Source: an uncultured Spirochaetota bacterium
GTDB lineage: Bacteria; Spirochaetota; Spirochaetia; SZUA-6; Fen-1364
Direction of reading: 5' to 3'
Assembly (NCBI GenBank): GCA_963733835.1
Contig: CAVTER010000015.1
Span: 561,988-625,987, forward strand
Length of the DNA stretch: 64,000 nucleotides
Shown: positions 52,359-61,860 of the stretch, piece by piece
Position numbering within the stretch: the first letter of the stretch is position 1
Layout: every line of letters starts with the position of its first letter
Notes under the pieces: generated by a model
Databases searched by the model: none
Told to the model about the DNA's origin: nothing
What the model saw: only the letters and a program-made list of their open reading frames with translations
Made by a program: the position numbers and the translations under genes

Positions 52359-52433
52359 TGGGCGGCACAAGAGTTGAACTTGTGACCCCTAGCGTGTCGA
52401 GCTAGTGCTCTAACCAGACTGAGCTAGCCGCCC
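52359..52433 (-). tRNA. tRNA-Val (anticodon GAC)
   Basis: Hand-folded cloverleaf: acceptor GGGCGGC/GCCGCCC, D-arm GCTC-AGTCTGGTTA-GAGC, anticodon arm CTAGC-UCGACAC-GCTAG, 5-nt variable loop, T-arm ACAAG-TTCAACT-CTTGT, discriminator A. Position 33 is C (unusual). Confidence 0.7.
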
Positions 52434-52529
52434 CGGACGGCAGTCCGACCGTGCCGCAAAAATAGCCAAAGACTCTGCCGCTGTCAAGCCGGCGGCACCT
52501 CCTGTGCCCCTGGCAGGCGCGGCGTCGCC

Positions 52530-52919
52530 TCAGCGCGCCGTGAAGTCCCCCGGCTGGATGAACACGATGGTCGAGGAACCGCGCACGTCCATCGAAAGAA
52601 AGGAGATCGCATCGCGGAACCGCTTCACCTTGTACACGTAGGTGATGGGAGGGTCCAGCCTGCGCAGGGCAGCGTTCGTCGGTTTCCAGGACTCGATGAC
52701 GAAAGTCCAGGTGTCGCCCTTCTCTGTGAGCACGCCGGAGAACACGGCAGTTCCATCAGAGGACTCGCGCTGGAGGCGGAACGCCCCTCGCGAGAAGGAA
52801 AGCGTGTCGGTCAGGTCGGTGCTCTGCCAGCTCCATGCGCGCGTGTACACCGTGCCCGCGCAGGACGCCAGGAGCAGCACGGTCGCGGCAACGGCTGTCA
52901 GCAGGACATTCCTCTTCAT
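52530..52919 (-). CDS. Lipoprotein, hypothetical
   Basis: 129 aa, signal peptide with lipobox LLLASC. Confidence 0.5.
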   Translation of the reverse strand: MKRNVLLTAVAATVLLLASCAGTVYTRAWSWQSTDLTDTLSFSRGAFRLQRESSDGTAVFSGVLTEKGDTWTFVIESWKPTNAALRRLDPPITYVYKVKRFRDAISFLSMDVRGSSTIVFIQPGDFTAR

Positions 52920-53827
52920 CTCTGCACACCTCCCTCTTCACGGGCCCAGGCCTTGCGGACGAGCCGGGCCGGGTCGAGAACGATCACCGCTGAGCCATCC
53001 TCCGCGACCCCTCCCCCGGCCGCCCAGGGGCGGCACTCCCCGCCAGTGCGGACGAGCGTGACGGTGCGCACCCCGCCGTGCTCATCCCCGGCGAGGCACG
53101 CGCGCCTGCGGCCCGCGCGCACGATGACACCCGCCAGCTCGGGCTGGCCAGCCCCTTGCCGCGGCGCGGAGGGCGCGAAAAGGCTCTCCAGGAGAAGCAC
53201 GGGAACTGTCTTCCCGTCGCGCGAGACCGCGGTGCTCCGCCTCACGTTCATGCACTCGACGACCGCGGCGCCGGGAATCCCGTACCACCGTCCCCCCGCC
53301 CGCAGGAGCAGGCAGCGCGACGCCCCCGGGAGAACCGGAACCTTCACCTCGGCGGCCGCCCCGCGGCCGACTTTTCCGCCAACCCTGGCCAGGCGTCGAC
53401 CCGCCTCCTCGACGGCGGCGGCAGCCGACCCGGTCCGCTGCGGCCTGCCGCCTGAGAGCGTGAAGGTCACCCAGTCGTCCTGCTGTCGTGCGTCAAGCGA
53501 CAATTTCGCAGAGCCACGCCGCGCGTTGCGGCCCGGCAGGCGGGCTTCCGCCAGGGCGACCAGCGCAGCGCGGACCTCGCTCACGAGGGAGGAGTCGATC
53601 TCCACGTCCAGCCCCGACACCTCCACCGTCGCGCGGGGCGCGAGCGCACGGGACACCGTGCGGAAGACGGGGCCGACCGGAACGAGCCGCGCGCGCGCGG
53701 CCGCGTCGCGGACCTCGCGGGCCGCACCCGCGCAGGCCGAGGCGGCGTCGGTCACCTGCCGCCCGGCGGAGGCGAGGCCGTCCTGCAGCCGGGCCACGAG
53801 CCCCTCGGCTGCGGCGAACCTTTCCAT
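52916..53827 (-). CDS. CheA-like protein C-terminal portion: dimerisation-like region, degenerate kinase core, CheW-like domain
   Basis: …LVPVGPVFRTVSR…VEVSGLDVEIDSSLV… parallels the CheA P3/P4 junction, but the N-box/G1/G2 ATP-binding motifs are missing. The C-terminal 140 aa are CheW-like. Confidence 0.5.
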   Translation of the reverse strand: MERFAAAEGLVARLQDGLASAGRQVTDAASACAGAAREVRDAAARARLVPVGPVFRTVSRALAPRATVEVSGLDVEIDSSLVSEVRAALVALAEARLPGRNARRGSAKLSLDARQQDDWVTFTLSGGRPQRTGSAAAAVEEAGRRLARVGGKVGRGAAAEVKVPVLPGASRCLLLRAGGRWYGIPGAAVVECMNVRRSTAVSRDGKTVPVLLLESLFAPSAPRQGAGQPELAGVIVRAGRRRACLAGDEHGGVRTVTLVRTGGECRPWAAGGGVAEDGSAVIVLDPARLVRKAWAREEGGVQR

Positions 53828-53864
53828 GACCGAGCGCGCCGCCTCGGTTGCGGCAGCCCCCGAA

Positions 53865-54470
53865 CTACACGGAGTCGAGAAGCCCCGGCATCTCCCGTGC
53901 AGCTGTCGCCATCACCTCGTGAAAGCGCAGGGCAGCCTCGCGCGCCTCCCCGAGGAGGGCGCCGGGCGAACGGGCGCCGGCCGTGAGCGCGGCGGCGGAT
54001 CGCTCCGCCTCCAGGGCTGCCCGGGTCACTGCCTCAAGCCGCGACGGCTGCACCCGCAGCAGCCTGCGTCCCGGCGGAAGCAGGGCGGCGGGCGCTGCCC
54101 GTCCCCGCAGCTCGCCGAGGAGCGCGTTCGCGGCCGTGAGGTCGGCCTCCCCACCCTGCGCGGCGCGCGCCGCAGCGCGTGCCGCCTCGGCGAGCATCAC
54201 CGCGGGCCCTTCGCCCGCCCCCCCGTCCCGCATCGCAGCCGCCGCCTCGCGGATGAGTCCCGCAAGCTCGCCCAGGCCGACCAGGCCTGCCGCCTCGGCC
54301 TCGGCGCGGAGCGAGTGGGCAGTGCGGAACACCTCGTCCAGCGCGTCGACGGGAACGGAGGACCCCCGAAGGCCGTCCGCGTGCGCCGCGAGCGCGTCGG
54401 CGAGCCGGCGGGCCTCCGAGAGGCTCCCCTCGAGGAGGCTCGTGTTCTCGGTATCGAGGTAGTCGCTCAT
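53865..54470 (-). CDS. Hpt (histidine phosphotransfer, CheA P1-like) domain protein
   Basis: 201 aa four-helix Hpt with FRTAHSLRAEAEAAG (phospho-His context). Lies 38 nt upstream of the CheA-like C-portion and may be one gene split by an indel. Confidence 0.5.
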   Translation of the reverse strand: MSDYLDTENTSLLEGSLSEARRLADALAAHADGLRGSSVPVDALDEVFRTAHSLRAEAEAAGLVGLGELAGLIREAAAAMRDGGAGEGPAVMLAEAARAAARAAQGGEADLTAANALLGELRGRAAPAALLPPGRRLLRVQPSRLEAVTRAALEAERSAAALTAGARSPGALLGEAREAALRFHEVMATAAREMPGLLDSV

Positions 54471-54590
54471 CCGAGGGGTATTGTACGCGACCTGCCCTCC
54501 AAGTCAAGGCTGGAGGCTGCGGCGGGGGCGCAGGCCGCCTCCTCGTTGACCACGGCCACCGGTCCCGTGTAGTATGGGCGGCCGAGGGAG

Positions 54591-55310
54591 GTGACTGTGA
54601 GCATCCTCGTGGTCGAGAGTTCCCCGTCGACGCGGGAATCTCTCTGCTACACCCTTCTCTCGTTCGGCGTGAAGGGCATCCCGGCCGCCTCGCGGAGGGC
54701 GGCGTTGGACATGGTCCACGCCACCGCCGACCTCGAGGCAGCAATCATCGACATCGACAACCGCGATGTCGAGGGCTCCGCCCTGGTCGAGGAGCTGCGC
54801 GGCAGCGAGAAGACCCGCGGGATCGCCGTCATCGTCCACACTGTGCAGTCGGGCAAGGACTTCGTCATGACAATGATCGAGTCCGGGGTGGCCGGTTACC
54901 TGCTGAAGCCCTACGATCCCGCCCGGGCACGCGACAAGCTCGGCACAATCCTTTCCAAGCTCGCGACTCATGATGGCCAGAGGAAGCATTTCCGGGTCCG
55001 ACCCGACCCCGACGACCTCGCCCGAGCGCACTTCCGTCTCACCCCCGGGGCACCCCTGTACTCCGGCAGGATCGTCGACGTCAGCCTGGGCGGCATGGCA
55101 ATGGAGCTGCTCACGCCCCCGGCCGAGGGCCTGCTGCAGCCGGGCACCCGCATCCCGCGCCTGGAGTTCGCGCTGGGAGGCAGGGAGCTCGCCCCGCAGG
55201 CCGCTGTGGTGCTGCTCAAGGCGCGGGTTCTTGCCCTGCGCTTCGAGCCCATGGCACCGGCAGACACGAAGTCCCTCGAGAGGTATATTTTCAAGAAGAT
55301 ATCGTCCTGA
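54591..55310 (+). CDS. Response regulator receiver (REC) plus PilZ domain protein
   Basis: N-terminal CheY-like receiver (ILVVESSPSTRE…D…LLKP). C-terminal PilZ motifs (RKHFRV…, DVSLGGMAMEL). Confidence 0.65.
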   Translation: MTVSILVVESSPSTRESLCYTLLSFGVKGIPAASRRAALDMVHATADLEAAIIDIDNRDVEGSALVEELRGSEKTRGIAVIVHTVQSGKDFVMTMIESGVAGYLLKPYDPARARDKLGTILSKLATHDGQRKHFRVRPDPDDLARAHFRLTPGAPLYSGRIVDVSLGGMAMELLTPPAEGLLQPGTRIPRLEFALGGRELAPQAAVVLLKARVLALRFEPMAPADTKSLERYIFKKISS

Positions 55311-55327
55311 AAGAGGAGGACCCTGGC

Positions 55328-56455
55328 ATGGCGACACGCGGGCGTTCTGTGGTGCGGGCAACCTGCCTGCTCGTTTTCCTGCTGGCCGCCGGCCTCGCCG
55401 GCGCCGCGAATGTCAACGTCGCTCTGGACCTGCTGACCCACGGGTACTCCAGCTCGGGCTTCAAGCTGCAGAGCGTCGGGCAGATCGACCTGACCGTCGA
55501 CGGCGGGTACAAGTTCGGCGGCCTCATCGGGCTGACCCTCCAGGAGGGCACCAGCCTGGAGTCGCCTACTGCGGCGCTGGATTTTGACAGGGTCAATGTC
55601 GGCATTCGTGACCTTTTCGGACTGCCCCTCGACTTTGCCTTCTTCATCGGGGGAAGCGACGTGCTGGCCCGCGGCGACGCCTTTCCCGCGGTCTTCGGCA
55701 CAGTCCCCATCGGGACAGACTACCGGGGCCTGATGTACTTCCCCGCCATGACCCTCTCGACGGTCTACAACGGGGGCATCCACGCGGTCCGGGGCACGGG
55801 AATCAAGATCGACTTCTACCCGAAGCGCGAGACGACCCGCCTGAGCCTGTACGCGTACGAGGACACGGCCGCCGCCTTCGGCGGGGCTCTTGGGAACTAC
55901 TCGGCTGACCTGCGCTACATGGGGAGCTACGGCGCCCTGGCGGTCGAGGGCTTCGCGGGGTGGACCTTCGCCCCCTCCCTTGCGGCGATGGGCTATTTCC
56001 GCGGCGGCGCCATGGTCCATTTCGAGACCAGGAATATCGAGGTGCTCGCCCAGGCAGGCCTCCCCAAGTACGATCCCGCATCCACGCCGTTCGGGATGGA
56101 GCTCTTCTACCTCCTGTTTGAGCCCAGCCTCCACCTTGGCCAGTTCTCGATCGTCCCGACCTTCTTCTGGCACCCCGCGGCCTACCTGCAGCAGGACAAC
56201 CCGGGCGAGGAAGGGGCCTTCGACGTGAACCTGAACCTCTTCTTCGGCGACCTGGTCAAGACGAGCGTCCGCGCTGGCCTCGAAGGCAACTTCTCCATCC
56301 TGACGTCCACGGGAGTGTTCGAGGTCCACGCCGCCCCCTATGTCGGCTTCACGACGCCGGGGGTCCTCTGGACCGTCCGCCTGAACGCCAGGCTGTGGCC
56401 CTTCGCCTGGGCCGACATGTTCGACGGATTCGTGGGACTGCGCGCCGAACTCTGA
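55328..56455 (+). CDS. Secreted beta-rich protein, probable outer-membrane beta-barrel
   Basis: Signal peptide ending LAGA-ANV, 375 aa with amphipathic beta-strand periodicity and aromatic-rich turns. Confidence 0.4.
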   Translation: MATRGRSVVRATCLLVFLLAAGLAGAANVNVALDLLTHGYSSSGFKLQSVGQIDLTVDGGYKFGGLIGLTLQEGTSLESPTAALDFDRVNVGIRDLFGLPLDFAFFIGGSDVLARGDAFPAVFGTVPIGTDYRGLMYFPAMTLSTVYNGGIHAVRGTGIKIDFYPKRETTRLSLYAYEDTAAAFGGALGNYSADLRYMGSYGALAVEGFAGWTFAPSLAAMGYFRGGAMVHFETRNIEVLAQAGLPKYDPASTPFGMELFYLLFEPSLHLGQFSIVPTFFWHPAAYLQQDNPGEEGAFDVNLNLFFGDLVKTSVRAGLEGNFSILTSTGVFEVHAAPYVGFTTPGVLWTVRLNARLWPFAWADMFDGFVGLRAEL

Positions 56456-56556
56456 GGCTCTCGCGCCCGCGCGGGCACACGCTGGCCCGTGCAGGGCACG
56501 CTGGCCCCTGAGTGCATGGACGGCCCAGGTCCCACCGGGGCAGGCAACAATCGCGC

Positions 56557-56597
56557 AAAAGAGAAGGCTCCCCAGGCGGGGAGCCTTCTTCGTTTCC
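56557..56597. terminator. Bidirectional rho-independent terminator between the convergent 55328-56455 gene and flaA
   Basis: GAAGGCTCCCC-AGGC-GGGGAGCCTTC perfect 11-bp stem, with T-rich tracts on both sides (TTCGTTTCC on the plus side, TCTTTTGCG on the minus side). Confidence 0.7.
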
Positions 56598-56619
56598 GTG
56601 CTGTATCGTGCGAGCGGCT

Positions 56620-57645
56620 TTACTTCTTGGGGGCTGCCTCGACGTGCATCTTCTGCTTCTCGAGGTAGCGGAGGACCTGGATGTTGCCCAGGCGCTTGAG
56701 CTCCGCGAGCCTGCGCGCCTCGTAGCGCTTCTGGAGGATGTTCCAGATCGCCTCGTCGTTGATGTCGCGCTCGGTCTCGATGATCGCCTTGTCGTAGGTG
56801 ATCTTGATGTCCTTGATGTAGGTGACGAAGTCGCCGCCCTCCTGCTGGGAGTCCCTGTAGACGATGATTCCCATCAGCTTCAGGTGCGGCGTGCTCTTCG
56901 GGTACAGGGGGTACTTGCGCAGCTCCCTGTTCCTCACCTCGACGACGTAGTTGGGGTTGTTCCACGTGAGAGTCCGCCAGCCGTCGAACTCGAGGTAGTC
57001 CATGAACATGACCTGCTCGTTCCCGTCCTGGTCGGCGACCACGACGCCCAGCCCGTTGGGGAAGTTGGCGCCGTACACGGTGATCGACAGGCTCTTCACG
57101 ACGCCCACGTTCTTGACGACGCCGTAGCCGTTGAACTTCTCGCCCCTGCCGAGGTCCTTTGCGTCCGTCCTGAGCTGGTCGCCCTGGAGGGTCTGCTTGT
57201 CCGCGTAGGCGGGGATGTCGAAGGGCGGCTTGATGATCGCCCACGAGTTGAACGACTCCACCGGGAAGTGGATCCGCACGCCGAGCACCTTCTTGTTGGC
57301 GATCTCCTCGCCGTTGAGGGGCTTGGCCTTCGCGGAGACGGGTGACTCGCGCGTGGTGGTATCGCTCTGGTTTTTCACCGAGCGGGCAGACGATGCGAGG
57401 GTCACTTCCCAGTTGTTGAGGGCCAGGGAGGTCTTCATCGCGGCCTTCTCCTCGTCTGTGAAGGTCGCACCGGCGACGTTGCTGAAATCAACGAGCGTCG
57501 CCGCGTTCTCGGTCGGGACCTTGCTGTTCCCGAGCGCCTGGTCGGCCGCCAGCTTGGTGAAGTCGATGAGCACCGACTCGTCGGCGAACAAGGCAACCCC
57601 TCCGAGGAGAAGCCCGACGACAACGATGAAATACAGCCGCTTCAT
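56620..57645 (-). CDS. flaA: Flagellar filament outer-layer (sheath) protein FlaA-like
   Basis: 341 aa. Signal peptide then ESVLIDF… N-terminal block and overall resemblance to spirochete FlaA family proteins. ATG verified at 57645. Confidence 0.55.
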   Translation of the reverse strand: MKRLYFIVVVGLLLGGVALFADESVLIDFTKLAADQALGNSKVPTENAATLVDFSNVAGATFTDEEKAAMKTSLALNNWEVTLASSARSVKNQSDTTTRESPVSAKAKPLNGEEIANKKVLGVRIHFPVESFNSWAIIKPPFDIPAYADKQTLQGDQLRTDAKDLGRGEKFNGYGVVKNVGVVKSLSITVYGANFPNGLGVVVADQDGNEQVMFMDYLEFDGWRTLTWNNPNYVVEVRNRELRKYPLYPKSTPHLKLMGIIVYRDSQQEGGDFVTYIKDIKITYDKAIIETERDINDEAIWNILQKRYEARRLAELKRLGNIQVLRYLEKQKMHVEAAPKK

Positions 57646-57718
57646 GCATTGCTCCTTTCGATCAATAATGGGCAATCCGCGTGTTCCGAAGACAAGTATA
57701 GCGATGCACCCGGCGTTG

Positions 57719-58222
57719 TCAAATTTTTTTCTTTTCCCGGGCGCGTGGAACCTGTCCGTCGATAGTGACGGACAGCTCGCGCAGGCGGGGGAAATTGACG
57801 CGCAGCGAGCGCGCAAGCCCTTCCAGCGCGGCGGCCCCTTCCAGCGGGGTCTCCGGGTCAGGCAGCGCCGCCGCGGGGGAAAGGTCCAGGAACAGGGTCC
57901 CCTCGCGCACCACGAGCCCCTGGACGGACACGCCGCGGGGGAAGAGGCGTGCCAGGTCGGGCCGCATCGGCCCCAGCAGCGCCCCGTCGACGACCTCCCG
58001 CACGCCTTCCTCGAACGAGCGATGCCGCGGCACCGCCCTCTGCTCGGCCACCAGGCGCGTGCCAAGGTGGTCCGGGAAGAAGAGGACCCTGCTGACCTTC
58101 CCGTTGCCCAGCAGCAGGAACAGCAGCAGGGAGAGGGCGGCGGCGCCCAGGAACACGGCGCCGGCGATGGCGGCCCTGCCGCGCACGCGGGCCTGGAGAA
58201 TGAAGTCGAGTCTACTGAACAC
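57719..58222 (-). CDS. GerMN-like / hypothetical exported protein
   Basis: 167 aa, N-terminal TM/signal, downstream partner of the amidase (a common amidase-GerMN pairing). Confidence 0.35.
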   Translation of the reverse strand: MFSRLDFILQARVRGRAAIAGAVFLGAAALSLLLFLLLGNGKVSRVLFFPDHLGTRLVAEQRAVPRHRSFEEGVREVVDGALLGPMRPDLARLFPRGVSVQGLVVREGTLFLDLSPAAALPDPETPLEGAAALEGLARSLRVNFPRLRELSVTIDGQVPRAREKKKI

Positions 58223-59276
58223 GGGGACTCCCGCCGCGTTCGAATCGCGAGATGAACGCGCGCACCCCAGAGTATATGCCCTCGGCCAGGTCGTTCAAGT
58301 ACGCCGGCTGCGCCAGGCGCGCGGCCTCCTCGGGGGTGGAGATGAAACCCACTTCGATCAGAACGGCCGGCATCTTGGTGTTGCGTACCACGTACCAGGA
58401 CTCCTCCTTCAGCCCCCGCGACGGGGACACCCCCCCCACCGACCTTTCCAGCCCGGCAAGGATGTCCCGGGCGAGGACGATGCTCTCGACGGTGATCTCC
58501 TCCTCCAGCATGCTGTTCAGGATCGGGATCATCTCCTCGTCCACGCCGTCCTTCCCGCCCTCCAGGAGGTTGCGCTTGTACTCGGGCGGGAGGTACCACA
58601 CCTCGAAGCCCGTCGGCTTCGAGGCCCGGTTCAGCGTCGCGTTGGCGTGCACCGAGATGTACAGCACCGTGTCGGCGGTCTTCGCGAGCAGGGCGTTTGC
58701 CATGTCCGCGCGGTCCTCCAGGGAGATATAGGTGTCGTCGCCGCGGGTGAAAAGGATCTGCTTGTCGGGGTATTCCTCCGCGAGCCGCCTGCCCAGTGTC
58801 TTCGACACCGCCAGCACCACGTCCTTCTCGCGCACATCGACTGGAGGCTTCCTCGAGGCGTCCCTGCCCACGGCACCGGGGTCCTTCCCCCCGTGCCCCG
58901 GGTCGATGAGCACCGATCCGATGCGCAGGCGTTCCATGGCCCGCGCCAGGCGCTGTCTGCCCACCGCGTCGCTCACGGCCGCCACCGCCTCGGCGGTCAG
59001 GAACACCGCCCCGTCCCGCAGCGTCGGCGCGTCGATGTTCACCTTGACCGCATAGTCCACGACGACGAAGGGCACGCCGACCTGGAGGGCGATCCTGTCA
59101 TCACCGGCCTCGATCACCCCGAGCCCGCGAAGCGGGTCCCACTCGAGGCTCCCGCCCAGCTCAGCAACGAGGGCGAGGAGTTCCTGCTCCTGCGCCTCGA
59201 GAAGGGGGGGAACGGCCGTCCCCAGCAGGAACAGCAGCAGCAGACATGGCAGCGCGACAGGACGTCTCAGCCGCAT
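58212..59276 (-). CDS. N-acetylmuramoyl-L-alanine amidase (Amidase_3, AmiC-like)
   Basis: Signal peptide, AMIN-like N-terminal region, catalytic domain (VLIDPGHGGKDPGAVG…ISVHANA…). ATG verified at 59276. Confidence 0.8.
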   Translation of the reverse strand: MRLRRPVALPCLLLLFLLGTAVPPLLEAQEQELLALVAELGGSLEWDPLRGLGVIEAGDDRIALQVGVPFVVVDYAVKVNIDAPTLRDGAVFLTAEAVAAVSDAVGRQRLARAMERLRIGSVLIDPGHGGKDPGAVGRDASRKPPVDVREKDVVLAVSKTLGRRLAEEYPDKQILFTRGDDTYISLEDRADMANALLAKTADTVLYISVHANATLNRASKPTGFEVWYLPPEYKRNLLEGGKDGVDEEMIPILNSMLEEEITVESIVLARDILAGLERSVGGVSPSRGLKEESWYVVRNTKMPAVLIEVGFISTPEEAARLAQPAYLNDLAEGIYSGVRAFISRFERGGSPRVQ

Positions 59277-60868
59277 ACCCGCCCGAGGTACGCGGCCAGT
59301 TGCCCCTTCGCCGCCGCGGCGCGCACGCTGTCGGCGAGGTACAGTGCCCCTTGCCGTGAGCCGCGCAGCAGCGCCCGCCAGAAGAGGCGGCCGAGGGCGA
59401 AACCCGGCCCGACGGGGCCCGCGCGAAGCCGCGCTCCACACTCCGCGAGTGACAGGCGCACCGCCTCGGCGAAACCCGCCCCGTGCCAGTCCAGCTCGGC
59501 GATATCCTCCCAGCCCTGCAGGGAAATCACGGCGATTTCGTCCGCCGGGTGGAAGGCAGAGGGGTCGCCCGTCCATGCGGGCAGCCCGGCAAGACGGGCG
59601 GACGAAGATCCCGCGGCCGCGGGAAAGGCGTCCGTGCCGCCGGCGAACAGGAAGCCGTCGGTGCGGTCGTCCAGGGGCTCCAGCTGGACCGAGATGCACG
59701 AAATCGCGGCACGGGCGGCCGCGATTGCCCCCTGCCTCTCCTCGTGCACGCTGATGACGTTGCCGCACTTCTGCACGTTGTTGCGCGGGAAGACTACCGC
59801 CGACCCCGGCCGCACGCGCAGGAAGACCTCCGCGACACCGTCTCCCGCCCGTGCCCTGTCGACGCCCCTCACCTCCCGCACCGTGCCCGGCAGCGAGATG
59901 AAGGCGCGTTCGGCCGACACCCGCTTCACGCGCGGGGACAGGTCGCCCGGAGGAAGCCCCACGGCGATGTTCAGCGCGGCTCCTGTCACGTCCACGCCCG
60001 AGGACAGGGGGAAGGTCCACCCCGACATGTAGCCCCCCGAGAGCCTGGCCGCGATCTCGCCGATCATTGCTCCCCGCGGGGTGATCTTGATGTCGCCCTT
60101 GGCGGCGCCCGTGTGGATCCCCAGGGCACGGATACCGGCGCGGAAGACTTCGCAGGCCTCCCCGACCGTGCGCGACCCGAGGTCGGTGGGCATCGTGTGC
60201 CCCAGCTCGACGAAGCAGGGAGGGAAGAAGATGTGGCGGTCGGCAACTCCGCAGACGGTGGCCTCCCCCCTGGAGACGACGGCATCGAGGCTGAGCTCTT
60301 CCCCCTCCATGAACTCTTCCACGATGACGCGCGAGGAACGGGACAGCGGCAGCGCCTCGCGGCATGCCGCCTCCAGGTCGGAGATCTCATCGACCCTGCG
60401 CACCCCCCGCGCGCCCATGTTGTCAACCGGCTTCACGACGAGCGGGAAGGAGAACCCCCGCACGCAGACCGACGGCTCGCCGTCTCCCGACCAGCAGGCG
60501 AAGCGCGGGCTGGGCACCCCTGCGGCGGCAAAAGCTTCGCGCATCAGTGCCTTGTCGGTCGCCTTGAGGGCGGTTTCGTAGGGGATGCCCGGCAGGCCCA
60601 GCTTCTCCGCCACCCACGCGACGGATGCCGAAAAGTCCGTTCCCGCGGTGAACACGCCGTCCAGCCCGCCCTGGCGCCCGCAGTCGCGTGCCAGCGACAC
60701 CAGGCCGTCCAGGTCCTTGAGGTCGACGTGGGCAAACCGGTCGCAGAGGCCCTTCCCTTCAGCTTCCGGGTTTCCGTCGGCGACAACGACCCGCCACCCC
60801 CTCCCCTTCGCGATGCGGATGGCAGGGATCTGCATGATGCCCGCGCCCAGGATCAACACGGTTCTCAT
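59267..60868 (-). CDS. ATP-grasp domain enzyme (carboxylate-amine ligase-like)
   Basis: 533 aa. Rossmann-like N-terminus (LILGAGIMQIPAI), ATP-grasp core (PLVVKPVDNMGARGV…EEFMEGEELSLDAV). Confidence 0.6.
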   Translation of the reverse strand: MRTVLILGAGIMQIPAIRIAKGRGWRVVVADGNPEAEGKGLCDRFAHVDLKDLDGLVSLARDCGRQGGLDGVFTAGTDFSASVAWVAEKLGLPGIPYETALKATDKALMREAFAAAGVPSPRFACWSGDGEPSVCVRGFSFPLVVKPVDNMGARGVRRVDEISDLEAACREALPLSRSSRVIVEEFMEGEELSLDAVVSRGEATVCGVADRHIFFPPCFVELGHTMPTDLGSRTVGEACEVFRAGIRALGIHTGAAKGDIKITPRGAMIGEIAARLSGGYMSGWTFPLSSGVDVTGAALNIAVGLPPGDLSPRVKRVSAERAFISLPGTVREVRGVDRARAGDGVAEVFLRVRPGSAVVFPRNNVQKCGNVISVHEERQGAIAAARAAISCISVQLEPLDDRTDGFLFAGGTDAFPAAAGSSSARLAGLPAWTGDPSAFHPADEIAVISLQGWEDIAELDWHGAGFAEAVRLSLAECGARLRAGPVGPGFALGRLFWRALLRGSRQGALYLADSVRAAAAKGQLAAYLGRVCG

Positions 60869-61860
60869 CCGCGCGCCTTTCCGCCCTTTCTCCTGACAGG
60901 GGAGGAAGCACCCCCGCCCTGCCGCCTCGGGGCAGCCCCGGATCCCCAGCGCGTCGCGGTAAGCCCGGCCGCAGCCGCACCGACCCCGAAAGCCAACAGG
61001 CCGAAGCCGACTGCCGTCGAACCGGCGCGGCGTCGGGCGTCCTGCATCGCAAGCTCGAGCGACGAGGTCTCGACGGCCACCCGCACCATGCCATTGCAGA
61101 AATACGAGACCGAGGGGTCGAAGAAGACTATTGGAGAGTAGAAGACATACGAGCCTGCCCGCTGCGCAGGGTCAAAGGCGGGGTAGCTGCGCACCGGCCC
61201 GAGAGCCTCCACCTCGGCGGAGAGCGCCTGGTCGATCTCCCGCCCCAGCGCGAAGAGGGCCTGCCGGGCTTCTGACAGCTGCGGAGGGATCCGCCCCCGT
61301 GGGCCTGCCCGTGCGGCATTCAGCGCCGCCCGCCCCTCCGCGTACCTGTTCACCCTGTCTCCGAGGGCTGCCCGCAGCCGCTCTTCCACCTCCCGCTGGA
61401 AATCTCCGATGACGCCCTTGCGGCCCAGCTCGTCCCCGGCAGACTCCTCCGCGGGGCGGAAGGCGCCGCTCTCGCGCACGCTCTGCCAGGCCTCCTCGTC
61501 GCTCGCCAGCACGTAGTCGCGCACCGAGCAGCGCTCCGAGTTGTAGATCTCGTCCTGGTGGGGACCGGTGATCGTCACCGACGTCGCCTCGGGCATGGAG
61601 CGCCTTGCCGCCGTCAGGTCACGGATCGTCGCGTAGCCCTCGGCGCGGAGCGCGACCTGGCCGGCTGCAACGGAGGCGAGAGACCGGGTCAGCACCTCCG
61701 CGCGACCCCGAAAGGCCTCGGCAGCGGCGCGCTCGCCTCTCCTGGCGGCAAGGATGCCCGGGGGGACTGCCGCGACACCGGCCACGACGAGCCCGATCGC
61801 GCTCACGAGCAGGATCCGTGTCGCACGGGGATGCCTCTGCCGCCGCGCAGCTTCTCTCAT
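60865..61860 (-). CDS. Membrane-anchored hypothetical protein
   Basis: About 331 aa, N-terminal and C-terminal TM helices, no recognised domain. Confidence 0.35.
   Translation of the reverse strand: MREAARRQRHPRATRILLVSAIGLVVAGVAAVPPGILAARRGERAAAEAFRGRAEVLTRSLASVAAGQVALRAEGYATIRDLTAARRSMPEATSVTITGPHQDEIYNSERCSVRDYVLASDEEAWQSVRESGAFRPAEESAGDELGRKGVIGDFQREVEERLRAALGDRVNRYAEGRAALNAARAGPRGRIPPQLSEARQALFALGREIDQALSAEVEALGPVRSYPAFDPAQRAGSYVFYSPIVFFDPSVSYFCNGMVRVAVETSSLELAMQDARRRAGSTAVGFGLLAFGVGAAAAGLTATRWGSGAAPRRQGGGASSPVRRKGGKARG

Noticed and set aside
52359-52433. tRNA-Val as an integration hotspot marking a genomic island (the FLEET-like region lies immediately downstream)
   Set aside because: No integrase, no direct repeat of the tRNA 3' end, and no obvious GC-content break could be found by eye in the flanks.
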